A stretch of DNA of 64,000 bases. It comes from Rhodothermales bacterium. GTDB taxonomy: Bacteria > Bacteroidota > Rhodothermia > Rhodothermales > Bin80. Below, piece by piece: positions 30,490 to 39,381 of the stretch; the first letter of the stretch is position 1; each line of letters starts with the position of its first letter. The position numbers and the translations under genes are program-made. Under the pieces are notes generated by a model. The model searched no databases, had not been told where the DNA came from, and saw only the letters and a list, made by a program, of their open reading frames with translations. The stretch lies in assembly GCA_022821385.1 (NCBI GenBank), contig JAJEDR010000009.1, positions 4,884-68,883 of the forward strand, written 5' to 3'.

Positions 30490-31251
30490 CTACTCATTCT
30501 TCCGAGTTACCACGAGAAATCCAGCGTAATACTCTCTCGAGGTACTCGGATACTCACGCGTGTAAAGTGTACTGATTGCTCCGTCTAGGTAGAGTGCGTC
30601 GGCCATACCCGCAGTGTCCCGGAACCAGGTCGCAAAGTCATTAAAATTTACTGCCCCGTTGCTGATCGCAAGTATCGCATGTCCATTTGGAGATACCCCA
30701 ATCCCGCTACGTAGGCGACAGTTCTCGGAGCCTGGCGTGAATGCGGGATGTATCTGGTTGTCCTGCAGGATCAGGGGACCTGACTGCACCGCAAAATCTA
30801 CGTCAGTCTTTCCTGCCCCAAAGAGCGAAGCCTCCTCAATACCGAACAGGTCGTCCTGAACGAAAAATACACCGTTGGGCTTCAGGTAGAAGTTTCCATA
30901 CCCGTCATCGAGGTTTAAGGGATGTAATTCGTGGCCGTTTTCCACGTATAGTCCGGTAGGTACAAGTCCGGGTTCAAAAATGCCGCCGTTGGTTACCGCA
31001 ACAATGGAGTAACCAGAATTTTCGAGCCACTCAACCAGATTGTTGATGGTTTTGAAGGGTTCGTCAGTTTCAGGGTGTTTCCAGTGCAGGGTGATGTTGT
31101 GCAGTGCAGGGTTGATGTGCACCGTGTCATAAGGTTGTGATGGATCCAGGACACAAGGCCGATTTTGTATTGCCTGCCTGAGTGAACCGCAGCCCGACAG
31201 CAGCAAAACTGTCAAGACGAAAATACATATCCGTGCCGATCGACAACGCAT
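30490..31251 (-). CDS. phosphodiester glycosidase family protein (DUF2233), lipoprotein
   Basis: Lipoprotein signal LLLSGCGS. NGGIF, AVQSGPLIL, RSGIGV and ALYLDGAIS match the NAGPA/DUF2233 family pattern. Confidence 0.75.
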   Translation of the reverse strand: MRCRSARICIFVLTVLLLSGCGSLRQAIQNRPCVLDPSQPYDTVHINPALHNITLHWKHPETDEPFKTINNLVEWLENSGYSIVAVTNGGIFEPGLVPTGLYVENGHELHPLNLDDGYGNFYLKPNGVFFVQDDLFGIEEASLFGAGKTDVDFAVQSGPLILQDNQIHPAFTPGSENCRLRSGIGVSPNGHAILAISNGAVNFNDFATWFRDTAGMADALYLDGAISTLYTREYPSTSREYYAGFLVVTRKNE

Positions 31252-31878
31252 TTACTGTCGTTCGTATAGCCTCACGCTCCACAGTACGGATTTGTCGAAC
31301 TGCACAGGGACAAAGCCATTATCGGCCAGACTCTGATCTACATAGTCTGGATCGTGGTAATAAACTCGAAATGCGTGTTGTCGCACGCGCTGCACGAGAT
31401 TGAAGGCCCAGATTGCTCCTCTTGACCACCACGCTCGACGAGGAAAAGACATGCAAATACGCCATGTTGCTCGCGTGCACGCTTGATCAAGCAGACTGGC
31501 GACATTTTCATAGCAGCAGATCACGCGGTCCATTGTAATAACATCTGCCTTTGACAAGGTAGATGCGATTTCAACAAAATCCCCGTAATATGTATCGATG
31601 CGGTCTGCATGCTTTTGTCGCCGGGCCTCGTTGAGCAAGGATTGCAGGTAGGCCTGAGAGGCGTCCACGACGGTCACATGTTTCGCACCAAGCAACAATG
31701 TACCATGTGTGACGGCACCTATGCCTGCACCCACATCAATAAAGCTCCGGTTATGAACATTCCCTAGCGCACGCAATATCTTGCGTGCAGTGGGTAGCGG
31801 GCCGAAGCGTCTGTACCGGCGAAGATCGCGCTTAGCGTGGGCAGCACTAAAGAAGTTGTCAGCGGCACAGCAGTTCAT
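31252..31878 (-). CDS. class I SAM-dependent methyltransferase
   Basis: Motif I is FIDVGAGIGAV. The N-terminus is Cys-rich (MNCCAADNFF...DLRRYRR). The stop codon abuts the start of the downstream glycosidase gene. Confidence 0.75.
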   Translation of the reverse strand: MNCCAADNFFSAAHAKRDLRRYRRFGPLPTARKILRALGNVHNRSFIDVGAGIGAVTHGTLLLGAKHVTVVDASQAYLQSLLNEARRQKHADRIDTYYGDFVEIASTLSKADVITMDRVICCYENVASLLDQACTRATWRICMSFPRRAWWSRGAIWAFNLVQRVRQHAFRVYYHDPDYVDQSLADNGFVPVQFDKSVLWSVRLYERQ

Positions 31879-32452
31879 CGGAAGTGTGTGGATTTCTATG
31901 GCAAGTTACGTAAACGACCGGGTAGATAATCTTCACATGATATGGAGAGATTCCTGTGCCAGTGGGTTGGAGTATTTCCAGGAAAATGATTGTACGACCA
32001 AAGCAGAAACCGCAGGTTTCGTTGCCCGGGTTCCTCATCATGTGCACCGTGGTTTCTGATGTAGGGATTAAGTCATCACCATGATCTGCCCGTGAATTAA
32101 GGAATCCGTACGAACCTCCTGATAGTCCGTAGCGCTTGTATTAGACCAGAGCGCTCCTCCATGTTCATCACCGGCACCAACTGCTTTATCGTTGACTATA
32201 GTACCGTCGGCCAATGCAAGCTCCGACGGTGGTATTTTAAATTCATATCACGGTATTCTCTTACCCACAAAAGATTCCTCTCGACACGACTCTCAAAGAC
32301 TGGCACACCGTGTCCCTGGTTGGCCCCGAAACTACGCGTTTGTACCAATCAGGAGACTTTGTATTCTTCTGCCCTCTAACCGAATCTATCAATCTCAACA
32401 AGGCTCACTACGAAGGGGCTGGAAGGCCAGTCTTACCCATAGGACAGACTCT

Positions 32453-33631
32453 TTATGCAACTGGATTACTGGTCTCGCTCAGAATCCGACAATACTCGTC
32501 ATACGCGTAGACACGATTCCTCCTCTTCCCGGTTACCTCTTTCACGATTCCTATGCTTTGAAGGTGCCTTACGGCGCTGTTCACTGTTGGTAACGAAAGG
32601 CCGGCACTTTTGGCGGCATATGATGCCGGGAGCAATGGATGCTCCTGCAGTAACCTATGTACCCGAAGTGGTGATGCCGCAAGCTTCCCCGACTGTTTAA
32701 TCTTTTCATGATCTCTCTCAAACAACACAAGAACTTTTTTTGCAGTTTCGATGGCGTGCTCCGACGTATAGATCACACCGTCCAAAAAGAATTCAAGCCA
32801 TGTTTCCCAATCACCATGTGAGCATACGCGCTGTAATAGCTCGTAGTAACGGGACCCATATGTCTTGAAATACAAGCTGAGGTAGAGAATTGGATGTCTT
32901 AGAAGCCCACTCATCCACAATAAGAATGTAATCAGCAACCTTCCCAAGCGCCCATTCCCATCCAGGAATGGATGGATTATCTCAAATTGAACATACATCA
33001 GGCCAGTCTTTACTAGCGTGGGGTATTCGGCGTAATCTGTATGAATAAATTTCTCCAGATCGCTCATCAGATCAGCAACATGTCTGGGAGGAGGAGGGAC
33101 ATATAAGGCATTCCCGGGACGCGATCCTCCAATCCAATTATGCGACCGTCTAAATTCCCCAGGGAGTTTTGTGCTGCCACGACCATTGGAAAGGAGTATT
33201 CCGTGTATTTCCCGCATCAAGCGCTGACTTAAGGGGAAACCTTCTGCGATACGTTTTAGTCCGTGATCCATCGCAGCCACATAGTTGGACACCTCTTGTA
33301 CATCATCAAGGGAAACTCCGGGTGCACCGTCAACTTCGAAAAGTAGGAGATCAGATAATGATGACCGAATTCCTTCAATTTGTGACGAAAACAACGCCTC
33401 CTGCCTGACATACGTGTACCGGAAGATTGGATGATCTGGCAGAATTGCTGTCATGCCATCTAGTCTCCCAATGACCAAATGGGCCTTTTCTAGTTTGGCG
33501 GTTAATATCTCCATGTTAACTCGTGGCACTGGTGGAAGCGGCGGTGGCAAGTATGCTTTAACCAGTTCCCCTCCCACAGAAGAAATGACAACCTCACTTC
33601 CTATTCGAGACCTTACCTTGTGATGATGCAT
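32453..33631 (-). CDS. Fic family protein (class II, with N-terminal inhibitory helix and C-terminal wHTH-like tail)
   Basis: The Fic active-site motif HPFLDGNGRLGRLL is intact. An upstream SSQIEG matches the (S/T)xxxE(G/N) inhibitory motif. The C-terminal region resembles a winged helix. Confidence 0.9.
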   Translation of the reverse strand: MHHHKVRSRIGSEVVISSVGGELVKAYLPPPLPPVPRVNMEILTAKLEKAHLVIGRLDGMTAILPDHPIFRYTYVRQEALFSSQIEGIRSSLSDLLLFEVDGAPGVSLDDVQEVSNYVAAMDHGLKRIAEGFPLSQRLMREIHGILLSNGRGSTKLPGEFRRSHNWIGGSRPGNALYVPPPPRHVADLMSDLEKFIHTDYAEYPTLVKTGLMYVQFEIIHPFLDGNGRLGRLLITFLLWMSGLLRHPILYLSLYFKTYGSRYYELLQRVCSHGDWETWLEFFLDGVIYTSEHAIETAKKVLVLFERDHEKIKQSGKLAASPLRVHRLLQEHPLLPASYAAKSAGLSLPTVNSAVRHLQSIGIVKEVTGKRRNRVYAYDEYCRILSETSNPVA

Positions 33632-33645
33632 GCAAAATCGAGAAT

Positions 33646-33700
33646 CTTAAATTTGATTTCTATAAAATAAAGAAAACGATAAATTCTTTATTTAAATTCT
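33646..33700. repeat. AT-rich element copy A with a 10-bp perfect inverted repeat
   Basis: Sequence TTAAATTTGATTT-N4-AAAATAAAGAAA-N8-TTCTTTATT. The arms AAATAAAGAA / TTCTTTATTT are perfect complements separated by 9 nt. It sits 15 nt upstream of the Fic start codon. Confidence 0.8.
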
Positions 33701-33825
33701 GCTGGCTGTTTCTCGACCATAATCAGGGGCGGAGGGAGCGTGAGACCAAGCCCAGTTTTGGGGGCTAGATCATGGCCCCGCGGAGACGGGACGCAAATGA
33801 CGATGTTATAGGCGTAATTAAGAAG

Positions 33826-33880
33826 TTTAAATTTGATTTTGTGAAAATAAAGAAATCGGGATATTCTTTATTATGAGACT
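33826..33880. repeat. AT-rich element copy B (about 80% identical to copy A, exactly 180 nt away)
   Basis: Shares the same TTAAATTTGATTT and AAAATAAAGAAA...TTCTTTATT blocks. The spacer between the arms differs from copy A. A further TTTCTCG block is also conserved at the same 180-nt offset. Confidence 0.8.
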
Positions 33881-34157
33881 GGATGTGATATTTCTCGGTT
33901 ACATTTTTCGGGTCGAAATCAAGTCGACTCGGGCCTGTGTCGCAATCAGCAGGCGATGCTATCTACTTCTATCGTGAAAGACTTGATTTACACTGAGTGC
34001 TTCCGGAGCGAATTGTCCTGAAAAAAGATGAAGAATTACTGCGTGCAACAACAAAAAGAGGGAATCCAGATTGATAAATTCTCCAATATTCCGCCAAGTA
34101 ATACACAATGGGTTATACTTTGGCAGTTCAATCGGTAAAATTCGGCAAAGTAAGCAT

Positions 34158-35546
34158 ATGGCTACCATTGGAAGTGTAGAGAATTCTGCTAGGATCGCCA
34201 TAATTGGAGCAGGGCCTGCAGGATTTTATGCAGCGGGACACCTGCTTAGGCAAAAGTCTGAGATCGTTACGGTAGACCTGTTTGATAAACTACCGGTCCC
34301 TTATGGACTCGTCCGTAGCGGAGTTGCTCCCGATCACCAGAAGATCAAAAACGTTACGCGCGTTTATGCGAAAACTGCAGCTCAGGATGGCTTTCGTTTT
34401 TTTGGTAACGTAGAATACGGGGTTGATATCCACCTGGAAGACCTGACAAGACATTACCATCAGGTCTGTTTCTCCACAGGTGCACAGGTTGATCGTAGGC
34501 TCAATGTTCCAGGGGAAGACCTGCATCGCAGTTATTCAGCAACGGACTTTGTTGCCTGGTATAACGGTCATCCCGATTATCGTCATTTGGAGTTCGATCT
34601 TTCGAAACGTTGTGTTGCCGTGGTCGGCGTGGGCAATGTGGCTGTGGACGTTTGTCGCATATTGTGCAGAACGATTGATGAGCTGAAAAAAACAGATATA
34701 GCAGACTATGCCCTGGAGGCACTTGCTGAAAGCAAAGTACGCGAGGTGTATATGTTGGGGCGGCGGGGTCCCGCTCAGGCTGCTTTTACACATCCAGAGG
34801 CCAAGGAGTTGGGGCAGTTGCCTGGGGCAGATATTGCTGTACCTGAGGCGGAGGCACAGTTGGATCCAGCCTCAGAGGCGTGGATGTCCGCGCATGGAGA
34901 TCGATTAACAACCAAGAAGGTTGAGATTGTTCAAGCCTTCGCGAGGCAGTCCGGTGAGGGTAAACCACGTCTGCTGACCTTGCGATTCTTGGTTTCTCCA
35001 GAGATACTGCATGACGACGGTTCCGGTGGAGTGGGTGGCTTGACGCTTCGGCACAATATGCTAGTAGAGCAGGGGAGCCGTTTACGCCCTCAGCCAACAG
35101 ACATCACGGAAGAATTACCCGCAGAAGTTGTATTTCGATCGGTAGGATACCGGGGGGTAGCACTACCGGGATTACCGTTCAGAGAAGATTGGGCAGTGAT
35201 TCCGAGCGATCAAGGAAGGGTGAGTGGAGGCGGAGTTACCCGTGGGGTTTATGTGGGCGGTTGGATCAAGCGTGGTCCGACGGGTGTGATCGGCACGAAT
35301 AAGCCTGACGCGCAGGAAACAGTTCGCGGTATGCTGGAAGATTTAGCGGCTGGGCGCAGCTTCAATCCCGAGTTTACAGCACCCGAATCGGTGAATGATC
35401 TACTTCAGCGTAGATGTGACAGCGTGTTTTCCTGGGAGGATTGGATGGAGTTAGACCGCTTGGAAATCGCTGCTGGTCAGGCGCAGGGACGCCCGCGTGT
35501 TAAGTTCATCTCGATCGAAAGTATGCTTAAGGCACTCGGTCGCTAG
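34158..35546 (+). CDS. NADPH:ferredoxin/adrenodoxin reductase-like flavoprotein (FprA type)
   Basis: Contains IAIIGAGPAGFYAA, VPYGLVRSGVAPDH and a second dinucleotide fold VVGVGNVAVDV. The ATG at 34158 is preferred over the ORF-track start. Confidence 0.85.
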   Translation: MATIGSVENSARIAIIGAGPAGFYAAGHLLRQKSEIVTVDLFDKLPVPYGLVRSGVAPDHQKIKNVTRVYAKTAAQDGFRFFGNVEYGVDIHLEDLTRHYHQVCFSTGAQVDRRLNVPGEDLHRSYSATDFVAWYNGHPDYRHLEFDLSKRCVAVVGVGNVAVDVCRILCRTIDELKKTDIADYALEALAESKVREVYMLGRRGPAQAAFTHPEAKELGQLPGADIAVPEAEAQLDPASEAWMSAHGDRLTTKKVEIVQAFARQSGEGKPRLLTLRFLVSPEILHDDGSGGVGGLTLRHNMLVEQGSRLRPQPTDITEELPAEVVFRSVGYRGVALPGLPFREDWAVIPSDQGRVSGGGVTRGVYVGGWIKRGPTGVIGTNKPDAQETVRGMLEDLAAGRSFNPEFTAPESVNDLLQRRCDSVFSWEDWMELDRLEIAAGQAQGRPRVKFISIESMLKALGR

Positions 35547-36202
35547 GACTCAGGGGGCTGTTGTGATTGACGCGGAAGTATTTCCAAGGGTAACAACGGC
35601 TACGTGCTGGAATGTCTCTGGTGCTGTTGAGCATACAGACACAATAAGGTGGGTTGCGACATGCCGGTTTCTACCAAAACATCATCATGGGTGATGCCAT
35701 GGTCGTATATACGGGTAACAAACCTTTTTGACCACCGACACATGAAAGTTTCACCGGTAAAAAATGTAATTATCGCTGAACGAGCAGCCGGCCGATAAAT
35801 TGAAAATCCGTCGTATCTGTTACAGGGAACTGAAATGATTTTAAAGTAAGCCTATCCCGGCTGGTTGAGCTACATTGGCATGAGATCACCTACCAACTAA
35901 CCGAGAATTCACCTATGCGAAATTACATATCCTGACTTCCACAGGTTGCAATTCTTTGAAGGCAGGACACACCTCCTCCAATCTGCTAAATGTGTGAAAT
36001 TATGTTGATCAAACTAAACTGTGTCAGACCAAATCACGATGTGTCGCAACACCTCGGTCGCGCGAATTGGTCGGCTTTTGTGGGCAGCACGGCACTTGGA
36101 AAATCCATTGATCGCCCCCAATTTCTATGCATCTGCTATGTCGGCCACTAAGGTGGTAACTTCAACTACTGCAGCCAGTATCCCTAGCGTAACCTTGCAA
36201 GT

Positions 36203-36385
36203 TTATGGCATTCGCCTTACCCTCATAGCTAACGGCATTTGTCCGAATAAACCACGGTGGCAAATCAATAAAGGTCCGATCAAACATTGAGACAGCAAGA
36301 CGCTTTTGCCCGTGCCATTCAATGTGACCAGCACAACAGGCTCAGGTCTGCCTCCACAAAGTTGCGATAATAATTTGTAGGTCAC
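36203..36385 (-). pseudogene. remnant of a P-loop NTPase gene
   Basis: 60-codon ORF with VVLVTLNGTGKSVLLS (Walker A-like), followed by a stop. A shifted frame continues as plausible protein (MFDRTFIDLPPWFIRTNAVSYEGKANAINLQGYARD). It lies directly downstream of the DUF3800 gene on the same strand. Confidence 0.35.
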
Positions 36386-36409
36386 ATCAGACCGTTCCAG
36401 ATGCGGTGC

Positions 36410-37150
36410 CTAGTGCCAGATCCTGCTTCTTCGCTGGGTCCGAGAGAGATCGTGCTCAAAGAATCGTTTGAACACTTCGTTTTCTTGGTATTCCATAGGA
36501 TTCGCCCTGAGTGCTTCAAGGCGACCTACCAGCCCGGCAATCCAGTCAGCCGCCTGGAGATTCTGATAGCGTTCGCTTTCCAGCTGAAACGGTTGCTCAA
36601 TAAGACGTTTTCGCTGGTTGGGCCGCCCGTACATACTTTGTGCAGCTTGGGTCAGCAGACTGGACCGCCTGGTGTGTTCATCCATCAGCAGCACAAAGTT
36701 TTCGGGAGGCGTGCAGTCTTTCTCACAGAACTGGTCAATGCGCTTGATCGATTCCCGAAGCACGCTCTTGTACAATGCAGTCGAATTATGTATTTCAGGA
36801 GGCTCGGTCTTCTTTCGCCCAAAGTAGAATACGAAACCGTCGAACTGGCGAATGGTTTTGAGGAATCGAATGGTGAAGTTACGGAGCTGGTAATAGCTTT
36901 TCACGTTTTTCACCGTGTAAAGGCGGGCTCCTGTCTTTTCCCACTGCCATGCTGGCTTCTGGGACCGGCTGATTTCCCAGGCAAGGAGCGCACGTTTTCT
37001 CTGGAAGAACCAACTGCCGAAGCGACGTACGTTGTCAGCAGGCATGACAAAACCGGCAAGCCCGAACACGGGACTCGCGTTGTGGAGCGGATGCTACCGG
37101 CTCACGAAAGGGCCATCGTGTCCAAATTCGTCAAGGTAGGCGAAATACAT
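36410..37150 (-). pseudogene. DUF3800 family gene interrupted by an in-frame TAG at codon 19
   Basis: Reading from the ATG at 37150 gives MYFAYLDEFGHDGPFVSR, then TAG (37094-37096). The same frame continues HPLHNASPVFGLAGFVMPAD... through to LQAADWIAG, the conserved DUF3800 C-terminal motif. Confidence 0.65.
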
Positions 37151-37408
37151 CGGAGTGGGGTCCAGACACACGAAAGCCCATGCCAAAGCACGGGCCCGGA
37201 AAGAGGGCAACGCCAGAAGCGTGGCACCTCGGAAGCAATATACGGAAAGGGAATGTATCGTCAGGGTTCCAGTCAGGGAGTGTGAATTGCACGGGCATGT
37301 CAGGCCGCGCGACAGTCCGCCAGCAAAACTTGCCATAATCCCATACGACACAATACTGATCGTTCGTTTTGCCCTTTTTCGACCAATATCACACAGTTTG
37401 GAAGCAGT

Positions 37409-38084
37409 ATGATGCCGGTAGACGATATTTCCATAACGGCCCATCCGTCGGTCTTACCATCATCCAACGACTTGGGCGCGCTCCTTGACGAAGCGGGCAT
37501 AATCCGCATCCTTGAGAATGGAACGGGGCACTGGATAGAGGCTCTTTCTGGCGAAGCCACGGGGGCGTGGGGCGTCGCCGAGATTGGCGGATGGACCAGT
37601 TACGTACGGCTAGGCATCGTGGATCAGTCAGAGGAGGCACTGACAATAGCGCACGAGCTCGGCCACAACACGAGCCTCTATAATGCGCCCTGCGGGACGG
37701 GATCAACATTGGATCCGGGACATCCTCATCCAGACGCGCAGACTGGAACATGGGGTGTTGATTCAGGATCAGGCAGTGATATGCTCGTGCCGCCCTCATG
37801 GTCGGGCAGGATTTGCCTTCGCAGGACCCTCAAGTTGCGAGTGGACTGATGTCCTCACAGAAGTCGAATTGTCTGGTCCTGGGGGATCGGCAATTATTGA
37901 TGATGACTCAAATCGCCCGGCGCTCATCTTGCGTGAGCAGACCAGCGGCCGTGTGCGAGCACTTCTCCGCGGCGAATCTGCCGCGCTAATCGGTTTGGAT
38001 GCTTCTGCTTCCGGCTCTGTGGTGCAAGAAACAGATGTGGAGATCTTCTTCAGCCGAGGCCTCCCACAGTTGGCACGAAGGTGA
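37409..38084 (+). pseudogene. 5'-truncated, frameshifted zinc metalloprotease fragment (HEXXH)
   Basis: Contains TIAHELGHNTSLYNAPCG...DPGHPHPDAQTGTWGVD. The reading frame breaks near 37800-37850 and continues in another frame to 38084. No N-terminal domain or signal peptide is present. Confidence 0.5.
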
Positions 38085-38394
38085 GGCGAGGTGTTAATTG
38101 TCATCATTGGCTGCTGAAAACGGGCTCCTTTGGAGGATCAACGGATGCGTGAGACATCCTGACGGGTTCGTGGACATAGCCACGTAAGACAGGGACAGGT
38201 CGCGTCGGCGGCTCAAACTGCCGGCTCAGGCGAAACTCTGGTCAGGCAGACGACGCGAGATTGAAACACAAATTCCTCGGATACTGGAATCGTTCCTCAT
38301 CAGCCCGGAGTGTACACAATCCCTGCGTAAGACCATACCGGAGAGAGAAAACGATGTCTGAGGTTGATGTTCGGATTGGCTTTCGTGCCAATTG

Positions 38395-39381
38395 CTACAG
38401 TTCTCCTTCAATCCGGTCATTAAGTCGTGCCAGAGCGACAAACAGCGATTCTAGCTCTGCATAATAAGCGTCGGAGCCCATTTGTGATTTGCGTGATTTG
38501 AGTCCGGCGATTTGAGTTTCCAGCGCAGTACGTTCACTTGCCAGTGTCGGGTCCCCTGTGTGAATTTGCGTACGTCTGAGCCAGGTTACGCCCGCCAGAT
38601 ACCCATCCCCGGATTCGTCAAGAGCTTCTACGCGGGTACCCTCACCGTCTGCGTTGTCGTCAAGTAAACTATGTTCAGTTGCCAGATGACCTTCGGTTTC
38701 GTAATGTAGTGCCGTTTGCTGAGCAGTGTACAGAAAAACCTCCTTTATGGAAAGGCTGGCATCACGATCCAGGTCAGCCGCGGGTTCAATCAATGATTCA
38801 ACCAGGTACGTTGGAAATACCGTCTGATTACGCTGTGTGCCCGTTCGTGTCGCAGTAATAACGATTCTGTTTGTTCCACTGAGTGCCTGAATGAAAGGAC
38901 CGCTTGAACTCATTGTACAGATCCATACAATGCGTGCGGCGGTTAACTCATCCGACAGTGCAGCATAGTCGCTTCCGGTAAGGTCTCGCCGGGGAATATT
39001 GAGTGCTGGTTGTCTCCCGTCATAGCTTCCGTGACCAAAAAGAAGAATGTAGACTTCGTCCTCGGGGGTCAAACGTCCGCTGAGTTCCGCAAATTGTGCA
39101 CGGATGCCGTCAGCAGTTGATTCTCCAGTCACATAGTCACTGGCTGTAAGGGCGCGTTCGGCAAGCACAATGACATTGTCCCGGGCAAATCCCAGTGGTC
39201 CAGTAAATGCATTGTAGGTGTCCTCCAAGTGCGAGGCAATACGACTCGTTTGATCTGGTGCGCCCCCCAGCCCACCAATTACCAGCGCATACCGCTCCTG
39301 GGCGTTGGCAGGACTTGCAATACAGATCAGGATCAGTCCTAACGCAATCCTTGTCGTCTTCGATAAAGCCACTCTCCACAT
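38395..39381 (-). CDS. secreted clan-CD (caspase/legumain C13-like) fold protein with an EF-hand-like loop
   Basis: The ATG at 39381 gives a signal peptide ending ASPANAQ. A candidate His-Gly (LLFGHGS) and Cys (IVWICTMSSSG) lie 38 residues apart, as in clan CD. The loop DLDRDASLSIKE fits the EF-hand DxDxDxxxxxxE pattern. The C-terminus is coiled-coil-like. Confidence 0.55.
   Translation of the reverse strand: MWRVALSKTTRIALGLILICIASPANAQERYALVIGGLGGAPDQTSRIASHLEDTYNAFTGPLGFARDNVIVLAERALTASDYVTGESTADGIRAQFAELSGRLTPEDEVYILLFGHGSYDGRQPALNIPRRDLTGSDYAALSDELTAARIVWICTMSSSGPFIQALSGTNRIVITATRTGTQRNQTVFPTYLVESLIEPAADLDRDASLSIKEVFLYTAQQTALHYETEGHLATEHSLLDDNADGEGTRVEALDESGDGYLAGVTWLRRTQIHTGDPTLASERTALETQIAGLKSRKSQMGSDAYYAELESLFVALARLNDRIEGEL

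Noticed and set aside
30249-30497. Two minus-strand ORFs (82 and 63 aa)
   Set aside because: They run antisense through tRNA-Gln and are artefacts.
32060-32240. 59-codon open stretch on the minus strand (…LADGTIVNDKAVGAGDEHGGALWSNTSATDYQEV…) downstream of Fic
   Set aside because: It has no start codon and no recognisable domain. At most it is an unidentifiable gene remnant.
36401-37285. 294-aa plus-strand ORF, the longest ORF in the 35.5-38.4 kb region
   Set aside because: It lies antisense to the DUF3800 reading frame, which carries recognisable family motifs (YLDEFG start, LQAADWIAG). The plus-strand translation has no recognisable motif and an unnatural composition.
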